From assembly GCF_009914755.1 (NCBI RefSeq), contig NC_060942.1: a stretch of DNA of 64,000 nt, one strand, 5' to 3'. Shown piece after piece: positions 14,770 to 28,384 of this stretch (its first letter is position 1; each line of letters begins with the position of its first letter). The notes under the pieces are model-generated. The model saw only the letters and a list, made by a program, of their open reading frames with translations, searched no databases and was not told where the DNA came from. The DNA is from the human T2T-CHM13v2.0 reference genome, Homo sapiens. The translations under genes were made by a program, and so were the position numbers.

Positions 14770-14875
14770 GCCTGTTGCCCAACTCCAGGTGGCGCCACTC
14801 ACGGGGAGTTTTATTTCCAGAAAAGCCCTTCCCAGAAAACAGGGCATGTACGGTGCCCCCTGGAGTTGTGTGAGG
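14770..14875. mobile_element. MER91-like (hAT-Tip100) palindromic relic with two CTCF-like motifs
   Basis: The inverted arms caactccaggtggcgcc (14780-14796) and ggtgccccctggagttg (14852-14868) resemble the remembered MER91 internal palindrome. Confidence 0.65.
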
Positions 14876-15081
14876 ATACCCTACTAGTTTGGATTCAACA
14901 AACAATTGAGATGAGCATGGTGGCCTAGAGACGATCTCTCTTCTGTTGGTGAGTGGGCGAACTCTCCAGAACCTTCCAATGCGGCCTCTTGCTCAACAGT
15001 CTTTTTGTGGTGAGGCAGTAGAGAAATGAAAGCCATACAGGTGGAGAGCAGAGACCGGAGGCAGGAAACATCCCTTTAAGG

Positions 15082-15235
15082 CGGTGTTCTCAGCCTGGCT
15101 GCATACTGGAATCACCTGGGAAGCCTTCAAAAATACTGGTGCCTGCATGTGATGTAATTGGTCTGGGGTGGGGTTGGGGGCAGCCTGGCCAGCCAGGATC
15201 TTGACACACTCTCAGGTGCACCAGTGAGCGGCTAG
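15082..15235. mobile_element. MER5-family MITE
   Basis: gttctcagcctggctgcatactggaatcacctggg...taattggtctggggtggg. Confidence 0.65.
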
Positions 15236-15994
15236 CATTACCTCCACTGTTCCAAGTCTGCTTTAGCAGGCACCACAACTCCCACCTACCCCAAACCTTG
15301 TCTTGCACCAGAAGTGTTTTTACTGTCACCTGAGTTTATGCTTTTTAATACTTCATGCTCATTAGTGAATCTAGTAGCTAATGAGCACTCCTGTAGCACA
15401 AGTTAATGCTGTTTGTCCATTTTTTGATAGGAAGAAACCCAGCACTGAGAATGTAGGTGTTTATGTTTGAGATTTACAGCGTGCCTTTCTTCTTTGGTGG
15501 TTATTTTGATTCTTAAAGTGAAAATGTTCTTTCTGCCTATTCCCTGAGGACAGAGCAAGAAGATAAGAATTTGAGTACTGTAAAATGATATGGTAAACAC
15601 TGAAAAGGACTTTGAAAGTTGAAATTGTTAAACATTGAAATGGATTATCTTAGGAAAGTGTGGATCTTATTTTGTAGGGACCTTTATTTGGTATAGTTTA
15701 AGTTGTGCATATTTAAGGCAAGAGAATTAACAAAACAATCGCGTAGATTTTTCCAAATCTGTGACTTGAAGGATGCTACATACAGCTTCCACTGCCCTTC
15801 GCGTTTCTCTCCGAAACACATTTAGTAAGCAGAAGTCCGTATGCACGTGTGTGTGTATTCATATAGGCCTGGATGTGCTTTTAATCCCGCAAGTATAGCC
15901 ATCTACAGTGAATTCAGCATCTTTTCATCAGGATGATGCCTTTACATCATGGGTGTCCAACCTTTTATATTTCAAAACAGATTGACAAAATCCT

Positions 15995-16385
<391 letters not shown>

Positions 16386-16979
16386 TTAAGGCTGGTTTGA
16401 TGAACATAAAACACCTTAGCTTTTGCTTCGAAAATAGTGACAAACTTACTAAAAGTTGCAAAAAGTAAAATAGCATAGAGAATTCTGGTATATCCTTTAC
16501 TCAGATTTGCCTATTGTAAACATTTTACTCACTTGCTTTAGCATTTGTGTGCACTGCGTGTGTGTGTCTTTCTCTATACACACAAACAGTATTTTTCGAA
16601 GGATTTGTAACTAGGTTACATATGTCATGACTGTTTACCCCTAAATACTTCAGTGTGTATTTCCTAAAGGTACAGATATTTTATTATGTGACTATAGTAC
16701 AGTCACTAACTTGATAAATTTACATTGATTTAATAGTCTACCATCCTTGTTCCAATTCTGTCAGTTAACCTAATATGTCCTTTATGACATTTCCCCCCTC
16801 CACTATAGGATCCATTCTGGAGCCAGTTATTTCATTTCATTTTTATGTCTCTTCAGCCTCCTTTAGTCTGGAGCATTTCCATAGTTTGTCTGTCTCTTAT
16901 GCCATTAACATCTTTAAAGAATACGGTCCTCCCTCTGCCTCTCTCTTTCTTTTTTTTTGTTAAAAAAAGAACATTCAAT

Positions 16980-17306
16980 TTTTATTTTATTATTTAGTTA
17001 ATTTATGTATTATTATTTATTTATTTTGAGATAGGATATTGCTCTCTCCCAGGCTGGAGCACAGTGGCATGAACATGGCTTACTGTAGCCATGACCTTCC
17101 CGGCTCAAGTGATCCTCCCACCTCGGCCTCCCAAGTCACTGGGACTGCAGGCATGTTCCACCACACCCAGCTACTTTTTCTGTTTTCTGTAGAGATGGGG
17201 TCTCAGTATGTTGCCCAGGCTGATTTCAAACTCCTGGGCTCAAGTGATCCTCTTGCCTCAGTCTCCCAAAGTGCTGGGATTACAGGTGCAAGCCACCAAG
17301 CCCGGC
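16980..17306 (-). mobile_element. AluJ
   Basis: Reverse-complement dimer. Confidence 0.9.
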
Positions 17307-17796
17307 TGACTTTTTTTCTGCAATAGGACAGTCTTCATTGTGTGTTTGTCTGATGTTTGCTTCAGTGTGAAGAGATTAAGGTTCTGCACCCTCAGCCAGA
17401 ATGCACAGGTGCTGTGGGGTCCTTCTCAGAGCATCACATCTCGAGGTACATCTGATGCCCTCATCGGATGCCTGTCTGCCCCTTGTTGGGAATGTTAATT
17501 TTGAGCACTCGGTCTAGGTGTTGCCTAATTTTTCCATTATAGAATGACTGCTTTCTTCCTCCCCTTGTAACTAAGATGCTATCTCTGGGGAGAAACTTTA
17601 AGACTGTACAAACACTCTGCTCCTCATCAAAATGTCCACCTAGACTTAGCATCCATTCATGATTCTCGCCTGTTCCAATTTTTACCTAATGTTTGCAAAG
17701 TGAGGATGTTTTAGCTTCAGCACCCTTTCCACACTTATCAGTTCATCTGTAGCCCTGGTAAACAAGACAGCCCTCCCTCATCTCCTCTCTGTCTCC

Positions 17797-17847
<51 letters not shown>
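17797..17847. repeat. (CTAT)12 tetranucleotide STR (GATA class)
   Basis: 12 perfect ctat units plus cta. Confidence 0.95.
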
Positions 17848-18458
17848 AATTCATGAATTCCTGTTTTTAAATCGTTTGTACATGGTTTTCATGCTAAATC
17901 ATTTTGGTGCTCAGATTGTACCAGCTTTGGCTAGGGGAGCCCCTTCAAGGTGGCTCACATGTCCCCCTGCTCTGCCCCATCCTTGATTGGAGCATTTCCT
18001 TACATTCTGGCCTAGAGGACTATCCCAGGCCAGTACTGCCCTTAAACCCAGGCGAGCTCCTGGTCCAGCATCTCAGGACACTGAGTGCTTTAAAACCACC
18101 ATCCTCATAATTTTCAAAGTCCTCCTCTGGCTCCTGGCACTCACCAGGGCCAGCAGTATCACCTGGCTAGGGTGCCCTGTCTCCCCTTTGGGGTACTTCT
18201 CCGACTTCACTCTCTCCTCTCCTTATTTCTTTCATGGGGTCACTCAAGATTGGGCTACCAGAATGTGCTGACACGCTTATTTGGGGTGATTCTCATTCAT
18301 TTGGACCCATGATTCATTCAGAGCTTTGGGCTATCTGCTGTCTTGGCTCTCGCACTTGAGTCCCTGTGTGCCTCGGGATCAGGACCCAACCGTCCGTGTT
18401 CTGCTCTACAGCACGTGGGCCTCACCATTTCAGCCAAGGGCTGGTGAGACCCTTGCTC

Positions 18459-19131
18459 TGTTCTCAGAGTTGGCCAAACTGCAAGGCCTAGGGGAAAAGT
18501 CTTAAAAGGCTGCCCTCACTTCTGACACTATTTGCAAGTTTAGGGTGTCCTAAAACCACCCTCAGTTCTAATGATTCACTAAAAGGGCTCACTGAACTTA
18601 TTGAAAGCTGTTATACTTGGTCGTGGTTTATAAAGAGGAAAAGGCACAGATTATCATCAGCCAAGGGGAGCGACATGCAGGCATCATCTGGGAGGGGTTT
18701 GAATGCAGAGCCCTGGCTGTCCTCTCCCCATGGAGTCATGGACAGTGCTGCCTTCCCTTGGCCACAGTGTGTGCCAATACAGACTGAGGATTTCCAGCCA
18801 TGGAGGCTCGCCCTGAGCCTTGGGTGCCCACAGCTTTTACTGGGGCTTGTGCCTGTAAGACTGACCTTTAGTCTCCAACTTTTCCCAGAGGTCAGGCTAA
18901 TACGTTTAGTCTACTTTTAGTCTCTAGTCCCTCCAGAGGTTAGGACTGATATGGAGAGGCCCAAAGTCTCTCTCATAAATTACATATTTGGACTGTCTGG
19001 CAGTCAAAGCACCCAGGCAAACACAAATACTCCCTTCTGGCAGGACGTACCAGGGTTATCCTGGATATCACTTCCCAGTAGCTGACGGCAAAGGCCAGAT
19101 CTCAACTTGGGTAAGGTAAATTCTCCTTCCA
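18459..19131 (-). mobile_element. ERVL solo LTR, MER68/MER77 group
   Basis: ctgccctcacttctgacac; aaaaccaccctcag; gaaagctgttatact; ends ggcaaaggccagatctc...gggtaaggtaaattct. Confidence 0.75.
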
Positions 19132-20098
19132 TTCTGTCCTCTCTTGCCCTCTGGTAAGTCTGAAGCTATCATAGAAGAGAGATCAGCATTTCCTGCCTAA
19201 GTGACACTGCCCTTCTCACACCACCCATGAGCCTCTCATGTTTCCTTCGTGCTGTTGGTGGTCTCTGCAAGGCAAGGGTGTAGCCAATACTGAAAGAGTG
19301 CAAAGTCCAGGAATGCAGTGATTCAGGCCTAAGGAGGTCAAGAAAAGACATGGTTGGAAGACACGCCATTCTACTTTTAGGCTATAAAATTCAGATGGTA
19401 AATTTAACATGTGCAGAATGCAAGTAGTAGTTTACATTTTTCTGCATCCTTTAGGCATTTGAGAACATCATCAACAAAGCACAGAACAACATTTGATTGA
19501 GTCACCAGAAGCCAGCATTCACAGGTGGCTCAGTGGATGATACAACATCCAATGTGAGTAAATGGTACCAGGGAACTGCAGAGGCAAGAGCTCTATCGTT
19601 TCAATACTAACAGGATATGAAGAACCATGGCATTATGAGTAGCAAGAGTTGCTCCCTTTTCTCTGATACAAATTTAGCCAGGGATGGCACTTTTGACAAT
19701 AAAGAACCCGAAGAGACAGTGCCTGGACCCTAGGAAGGATCTTCATGGGTACAGTTTGAACAATGAACGTAGGTAGGAAGCTCTTCTCTATCAGTCTAAA
19801 GACATTGCTATCCCTTACCTGATCTCATGAATTTTGCAATACATTTTTAATCAAATATTTTATATGGACAGAGAGTTTACAGAAACTATTTGTCTGGTGT
19901 CCCACACATGTGGGGGTAGCTGCATTCTTGACCCATCTTGTACCCCAGTCCTGCAATCAGGCTTTTCTCCATGAAGCCTGGTTCGTGCTATCAGAGACCA
20001 AGCTCTAGGTATTAGGTGAACTTGGTGAACACAAAACTTTGAACTTAGGAGTCATAGGTAATATGACCACATGATCATTGTGGTCTTATATCATTGTC

Positions 20099-20591
20099 TG
20101 TAATGAATAATTGTCATTTTGGGCAGTCTAGCATGTGACCTTCTCTTCCTCCTGCTAGTACTCCAGCTGCTGTGGGGTGTCCCTGTTGTGTACAGTCAGA
20201 GGGAAGTGGTGACTCTATCACTATGGGAATGAACGGGGCTACATGCTCCTTCTCCTTACTCTAACAGACTGTCTAACAGACTCTCCTCACTCTAACAGCC
20301 ACAGCCAGTTGGAAGCTTTCCCCTAGGAATTTCAGTGTTGAGCCAGTATCACAGAAATGTGGGTAACAGGAGGTGAACCCAGTGGCAATCGTGTGCAGTA
20401 GAATTGTTGCTTGTGTTCCTACTGCCTCACCCTCTGAGCCCTTTTGGTTTCTGACCATTTCCCAAGATTCTTTTCATCTATTACCTGTTGATTTTCTAAG
20501 CCCCCAGTATTAATGCAATAAATGTCCAAAATCTTTTTGTGTAAGACAGTACTGGTTTTGTTCCTTAAAACAATGAATCCTATCTGAATCA
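20099..20591 (+). mobile_element. Probable ancient ERVL-type LTR (family uncertain)
   Basis: tg...ca ends; aataaa near the 3' end followed by ...gaatcctatctgaatca. Confidence 0.4.
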
Positions 20592-21313
20592 GCATAGTAT
20601 TTATTTCTGGGTTTTGGTTTTGGTTTTAGTTTTGGTTCTGTCTTTGCTTGTTTGGTATCAAGAATATCTCTATTCACTTAGTTAAATGTTCGCAAGTGGT
20701 AATAATTTAACAGCTTGTCTTGCAATCTCAGGATGTACTTCAAGTCCTCCCGAAGCTTAAGAGTAGAGTTACAGGAAATTTCCATTTCAAAGTCAAAGCA
20801 TGTAGAGTATCTACCAACAGCTCAGAATCCTTAACTGGTGATTGTTTAATTTTGAGGGTGTTAATAAACAGCTTTCCCAGCCACTTAAAATTTTTTCTGT
20901 TTTTAGAAAATACTTTCCAAATACATCTTATAACAATATGAAATGTTCAGTGGCATAAATAAAAATAAGTTCAAAAATCTCATTGCTCATTTCTGACACA
21001 TGTATTCAAAGTTTCAAAACAGCCAAGTTTATTTTGCTTTGCAAAAGAAACTTTAATTAAGTTAATTTAAAGCAAAAGAAGTTTTAAACAAAGTGAAGGG
21101 ATAAACTTCATGTCATTTTCCTCATTGGTGCATTATCTGCATTTATAAGCATAGTAATAAAGAGACTGAGGTCAGCACCAAACAGATTAGCCTTTTGGCA
21201 CAGGTAACACATTGCAGTCTCCATTATTATGTACATTTGTATGCGTCGCATTGTCGTGTATATAAGTATGTGTTTTTACAGTTCTAAAAAATAGTTATTA
21301 AAAAAATGGAAAA

Positions 21314-21616
<303 letters not shown>

Positions 21617-22137
21617 GGCAGAAAACCAAACTAACAACAACCAAAAAAACAAATAAAATTAAATTAAAATTAAAATAAATTATAAAATGGAAAAAATAAT
21701 ATTTGAATTATTGGCCTCTATGCAGAATCCTTAAAAATCTGCTGGAAACCACATCCCTGCTGGTAATGTTCTGCTTCTCCTGTTTAATTTTTAAAATTGT
21801 GCTATTCTAGGCTTGGAGAAAGTCCCACTTCCTTGCTGACATCTTCTCTATGCCCAGGCTAGAGGGAACCTTCTCTCTTTAATAATCTCTTAAAGTGATT
21901 ATTTTCCTTTCATGGCAGAAAAAGAGGCAAGACATGCCCTTCTTTGACTGTTCATCATTTTGACTTGTGATGTATTTATTTTAGTTTATTGTCAACTATG
22001 TATAAGCCTTGTTTTCCCAAATTAAAATGCATTTTATGCTCCTCAAAGGCGTGAGCCAGACCCTATACAAATATTTGCCACTTGATCAGTATCAAATTCT
22101 ACTTTTGCCCTTCAGACCCATTTTTATCTACTTAGTA

Positions 22138-22610
22138 CTGTGTTTTCCAAACATGTCACCTGCTACCTTTTACCAATTTTGCCTTATCTTCATACCACGT
22201 GTGCTATTTTTACTAGACACCTTTTTATTGCAAATAAACTCATTTTTTAATCTAAATTAATTCCTTTAAAAGGAAGCTTTCAATAAATGGAAAACCAGTA
22301 TTGTTTGCCACAAATGGAAAGTAACATAAAAATAAATATATTAAATACATTAAAAAAATAAGCACAACAACACTGTTACTTATTGGCCTTTATAAAGCCA
22401 GCTACTATTGCCTTTGGGTTTTGAGCCTAAGGAAAAAAGGGAGATCAGAGAGTGTTACAGAAATTCTTCCTTAGCTAATCAGAGAGGTTTGGAAAGAGCG
22501 TTTGAAAGGGAATACCTTTCTTTCTCAGCATGGGATTCAATGTTATCTGCATTATCCATACCTAACTCAGACCGCCCTGGTATTATGGGTGGCAGATACT
22601 CGATGAAAAG
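22138..22610. mobile_element. MER113-like hAT-Charlie DNA transposon
   Basis: taaatggaaaaccagtat..ttgccacaaatggaaagtaac; gaaagggaatacctttc; gattcaatgttat. Confidence 0.7.
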
Positions 22611-22747
22611 CACTCATAGAATATGAGCTCTCGGAGCCTGAGAAACATGTCCTGTACTCAGCATTCTTGCTCTGTGCATCTACACAACTCATTCTCCAAG
22701 AGCTTCCCTGCTCTCCCTTGCATATCTCTTCATGATCTGGGCCTTAT

Positions 22748-23003
22748 TTTTCTTTTCTTTTCTTTTTTTTTTTCTCAGCTCACTGCAACCTCCAACTCCC
22801 TGGTTCAAGCCATTCTCCTGCCTCAGCCTCCCGAGTAGGTGAGACTACACGTGCACACCAACATGCCCGGCTAATTTTTGTATTTTTAGTAGAAATGGGG
22901 TTTCACCATGTCGGCCAGGATGGTCTCCATCTCCTGACCTTGTGATCCACCCACCTCGGCCTCCCAAAGTGCTAGGATTACAGGCGTGGGCCACTGTACC
23001 CAG
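22748..23003 (-). mobile_element. AluSc-like with a 3' internal deletion
   Basis: ggccaggatggtctc..cctgaccttgtgatcc; poly-T joined directly to ctcagctcactgcaacc. Confidence 0.88.
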
Positions 23004-23176
23004 TCACTTCTCTTATCTATAAAATAAGAGAATTCTACTGGATGCCTTTTCCAGTGGCTTCCAGCCCTGACCTTATCAGGGTCTGTAATCACAAGATCAC
23101 TGGGGTTAAGCATTCCAGACCCCTGTTTACCACTAACCATCCAGCATTAGATCACTTGCCAGTGTTCACCACGGAA

Positions 23177-23310
23177 GCTGGATTGGTGGCTCATTCTTCT
23201 AGTCCCAGCTACTCAGGAGGCTGAGGCAGGAGGATCACTTGATCCTAGGAGTTTGAAGCTGCAGTGAGCTATGATCATAAATGTCACCCTCCAGCCTGGG
23301 TAACAGAAAC
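23177..23310 (+). mobile_element. FRAM/AluJ right monomer
   Basis: tagtcccagctactcaggaggctgagg...gctgcagtgagctatgatc. Confidence 0.8.
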
Positions 23311-23622
23311 AGTATTCAGCACTGGCTCACTCATCTTCACCGTGGAAGATGACACTACCCTGTCCCTTCCCAAAGGACCAAAGTTAAGCACTGGAAAGAT
23401 CCTTTTTCCTTATGACAGGCAAAGTGCTCAGGGAATATAGTGGGGTTTGAGCTTGGTTCTACCCCCAGAATTGCCACTGTTCTCCCAAGTGCCAATGACT
23501 TCTGATACTCTGCACATTTAATTTCCATAAAGGGAAGGGAATCACAGACAAGCTAAATGTATTTTAGCGTGTAATCCCAGTTTAAGTTAGTTAAACGGCA
23601 ACTGAGCTATAAAATTTGCTGA

Positions 23623-23967
<345 letters not shown>

Positions 23968-24353
23968 CACCAGAAATAATTTTTTAAAAACAGAATGTCA
24001 GGGACCAGTAGGACGAGTGGGAGTAAGAATAGGCGGATTGTATTGCTGCGGGTCCTCCCCACTTCCGGCAACATGAACTTCTTGAAGTGCCAGCTTCCTT
24101 ATCCTTCCTTGAGGGATTTGGGCTTTGCTAGATTTTCATTTTCTCTCCTAGCAATTACCTTAAATATTTACAGAAACTCTTGGATCTGAGAAAAAAACTT
24201 AGGAATCAAATTTGTATTTGGTCTTGAAACCACTAAGTAATACAAAATGCAAATAGGAGTTAAGATTTGGAAACTGGCCTTTATAGAGCAGTTCAAAAAA
24301 GTCTTATGGGATTTACATTTTAAAAATGAGAATTTCTTATAAAATGAGAGAAT

Positions 24354-24492
24354 AGTTGGGCACAGTGGCTCACACCTATCATCCCAGCACTTTGGGAAGC
24401 CAAAGGGGGGAGGATCACTTGAGCCCAGGTGTTCAAGACCAGCTTAAGCAACATAGACCCTGTCTCTATAATTTAAAAAAAAAAAAAAAAGA
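24354..24492 (+). mobile_element. FLAM / left Alu monomer
   Basis: Left arm plus A tail; TSD aaaatgagagaa. Confidence 0.88.
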
Positions 24493-25704
24493 AAAATGAG
24501 AGAACATATACTTCTTCAACATGATTCATATTAATATATAAAGTTATCATTTTAATGTAATGTTATCTCCAAACAAATATCTCATATTTCATTCCAAGCA
24601 ATATTAATAAGAATGTTTGCCTGCAAATATATATTGAAAAACCATTGACTGACAAAATATTGACAACACATAATACTTAATTAAGCCTGTAAGCTTGTTT
24701 GAGAATGTGTCATATTTCAAAACTGAACAGTTAGGCCAAGTCACCTGGTGAGTCTTTTGTTTCTTTAAAATTCAGCCATGATACAAGGGTTACCTACAGA
24801 ATTTAGAGACAAACTCCAAAACTAACATGCTCATCATCCTAGGAACATTGTCATGTTTCAGCAAGAAGCAAACCCCTGGAACTCTTACACTAAACAAGCT
24901 TCTGGTGACAGGTGAAGCTGGGGTTTCTCTTTAGCCACTCCTACCATTATGGGACCTGCAAGTCCAGGCTTGTACTGGCGAATCTCATGTTACAATCACT
25001 ATTCAAGAAGGTGGTTAGAAAAGAGCAGAGGGTATGGTTTTATCTAAGTAAAATTTATTCCTGCACAGGAACAAGCTCAGGTCCACCTAAGAAATGAAAC
25101 AGCCATTTTTTTTCAACAGACTTCTTTTTTGTGTGAACTCAAACTAAGACAATCCTCTGTTCTTTCTTGTAGCCATCAAGCCAATTAATTAGAGCCAAAA
25201 AACTGATAAGAACTCTGTGTATTTTCTCTCCACTTGAAGGAAACCATACAAAAATATGTACAATCTCGTTCACTCAGACCAGCGTTGGGTAGAAATTTCT
25301 TTGCTCTATCTATACCAACAAGGTTTGCTAAGCAAACTAATAAGGTAAACAGCACAGAGGAAGGGGAGGGGGAAGAAATATTAACTACTAAGAGAAGCAA
25401 CTTTTAACCACTTTAAAGCACGTTCAAACAATCTACTTCCTTAAGAAATCATTAGCACACCAATGTCTTTGTTCATTAAAGGAGATGAATTATGGAATTA
25501 TTATTCTAATTACTAAAGAACTCTTCCCTTTACCAAAAATTTATGCAAAGTTCCTAGAGAGACATGACATTTGAATGGAATTCAAGTTATCAACTTTGAG
25601 CTACACACAATGGATGATGAATCTAGTTTAGATACTGAGTGACAGGCTCATGCATTTTAGATGAGATGGCAAATTGCCATTCGGGATATTAAAAAGCTTC
25701 TAGA

Positions 25705-25895
25705 AATGATACAATGTCTGGGATTTCCTTCAAAGTAATCTGGTGGGAAGGAGAGGTGGAAAGAAGGGGATATTTAAAGATAAATAAGATTGGCCGTGAG
25801 TTGATCAACACTGAAGCTGATGATGAATACTTGAGGGCTCATTATACTATACTCTATATTTCTAAAAATTGTCCACAAGAAAACATTTAGAAATT
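25705..25895 (+). mobile_element. L1ME 3'UTR fragment
   Basis: atgtctgggatttccttcaaa; agattggccgtgagttgat; gggctcattatactatact. Confidence 0.6.
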
Positions 25896-25897
25896 TA

Positions 25898-26322
<425 letters not shown>

Positions 26323-28346
26323 ATAATCCACAGACGGCAAATAGACAAGTGGTCAGGAAACTGGTAGGGATTGCAGGGATGCAGACAGTGCTATGGCTGA
26401 AGGGAAAGCTCGGGGAAGAGGGAGTAGAAGGCCAGCAGGGCAGGTGTGGGCCTGTCTGGGGTCCTCTCCTTGTGTTGTGGCTTGCATTTTTGTCCCTCCA
26501 TAGCAGCAGGAAGGAACAGAAAATGCCTGCCAGAGCCTGCCCTGGGTCCAATTCTGATGAAGGCAAAAGCTGCCTGCAGTGCTCCGAATATGCTCAGCCT
26601 CTGCCTCTACCTCCCCACCAGCAAGGCCGTGTTTTCCTCCACGCACACCTCGAGCACACCGCTTTATCAAACCCCATTCAGAAACACTCTGTGTTCCCAG
26701 CACTGATGTTTTTTAAAAATGGTGACAGTGACTTCCTCATTTGCATTTCGTGTTTATGACCTTCTCCTGTTGGCTTGACATATAGACGTGGGGCAGGGCA
26801 GGAGTGCAGATTAGAGCAGTGCTGATATTACAATGAGAGAGCAAAGACAGAAGAAGAGATCGCGTTCAGCTTCTGGCATTTAAAAGAGGATTTTGCCCAG
26901 GGATCTAGTGTGACAAGCCAGCTTTGTTGAGATTTAAAAGCTATGTAATCATGATTCACAGTTTCTTTTTATCTCCTCCCAGAGACTATCAAGAGCCAGG
27001 CCTGGCCACCTGCACTGTGGAGTTTTAGGTTAGAGATGGCCCCATCCAGCCCAGGGGAATGCAGGAGAACAAGGGAGCCAGGCGAATGCAGAGGGGAAGG
27101 CAGGCGCTCAGCTTCTCATCTTCCCTCCCTGCCCCCTCAAGGAGTCAGTTGGAGGCAGCTTTGGAAATACCTACAAATGTGCTAAAAAGCTGGAAGGCAG
27201 AGAGGCATCTGTCCTGCCTCCTGTCCATGGCTCTAGGCTGCCTCTCTCCACCAAGCTGGAGGTAGCTCCATCAAAGTGGAAGCAGCAGTACAATAGGACT
27301 AAGCCGATGGAGGAAGGATGGCGTTCCACGTGGTGAACCTGGAAGGTCCCACCTGAATCTGAGGCTTTAGGGAACTGAGAAGACAGCTGGCATGAGGCTC
27401 AGTGGCTGGCCATAGGCCTTGCAATGGCCAGGGGTGAGGGGACCTCCTAGCCAAGGGCAGGTGGAGGAGGCAGCAGAAACTCAGCCAGGTCCATGGTGAA
27501 GGTAAAAGGAGAAGTTAGGCTTGGCTGAAGCATAGGCATCAAGCAACCAGCCTGGATGAAGCTGAGACAGCAGTGGGTCAGTTCCTAGAGCTGTGATGGC
27601 CAGCAGACAGGCAGAAGCAGGGGAGCAAGGAGCAGAGGCTGGGGGAGTTGGGGGGTTCCACCCAGATCCACCTCCTTTCCCCAGCACCTCAAGGGTTTCT
27701 GATCCAAACACGAAGTACCTTCCTGGAAAGAAAAAGAAGGGAGAGGGAGGAGAGCAAGGGGGATGGAAGAGAAGACAAAGGAGGAAAGGGAAATGGAAGA
27801 GAGAAAGGAATGTTTCTGTGATGCTCATCATTTTTATATAAAGAAGCTGTTACAATTATTGCATCATACTTAGATCAACAGATTAATCTGGAGCTGTTAA
27901 TATTTTTTGTTATGCAGTAAGTGGGTCTCTTGAGGAAGGCCGTACATTTTACATTTTATCTGAACATCCGGGTGTAGCATCAGTGACTGGGATCCTGCAC
28001 ATAGATTTTCTGTGAATTTGACTGTAGTTGTTGCCCCTTGCAGACATTTCAGCTTTATAACTGAGGAAAGAACAGCTGTGACCACTGGGGCCCCAGACAC
28101 CCTGCTCTTGCTAACTATCTCCTCTGGGGTGCAGGGTGCTGTGTCTCACAGTTACAGCCCCCCAGGAATAGACTGACTACCCACCACACATGCCACTGAT
28201 GCGACTCTAGCATCCGCTTTGTCTGGATCTCACCTACTGCCCCTTCATCCTCAATGGATCTAAAGGCTCCCCTTACCATGACCATGTCACAGCTAACATG
28301 GACTGCCACCTGCAAAGTGTCAGTCATAGGACCAAATGCTTTGCAA

Positions 28347-28381
28347 CATCATCATCATCATCATCACCATCATCATCATCA
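28347..28381. repeat. (CAT)n trinucleotide repeat
   Basis: catcatcat...caccatcatcatc. Confidence 0.9.
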
Positions 28382-28384
28382 TTT

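Larger units (their letters stand above)
16420..18031 (-). mobile_element. L1MC4/5-like 3' end (5' part resumes at ~19933-20020)
   Basis: caaacttactaaaagttgcaaaa; ccctaaatacttcagtgtgtatttcctaa; gggagccccttcaag; continuation catcttgtaccccagtcctgcaatcagg at 19934. Confidence 0.75.

Noticed and set aside
19391-19478. Possible C/D-box snoRNA on the minus strand (TGATGA...CTGA)
   Set aside because: Box C lacks the 5' purine, there is no terminal stem and no recognisable rRNA guide; chance motifs
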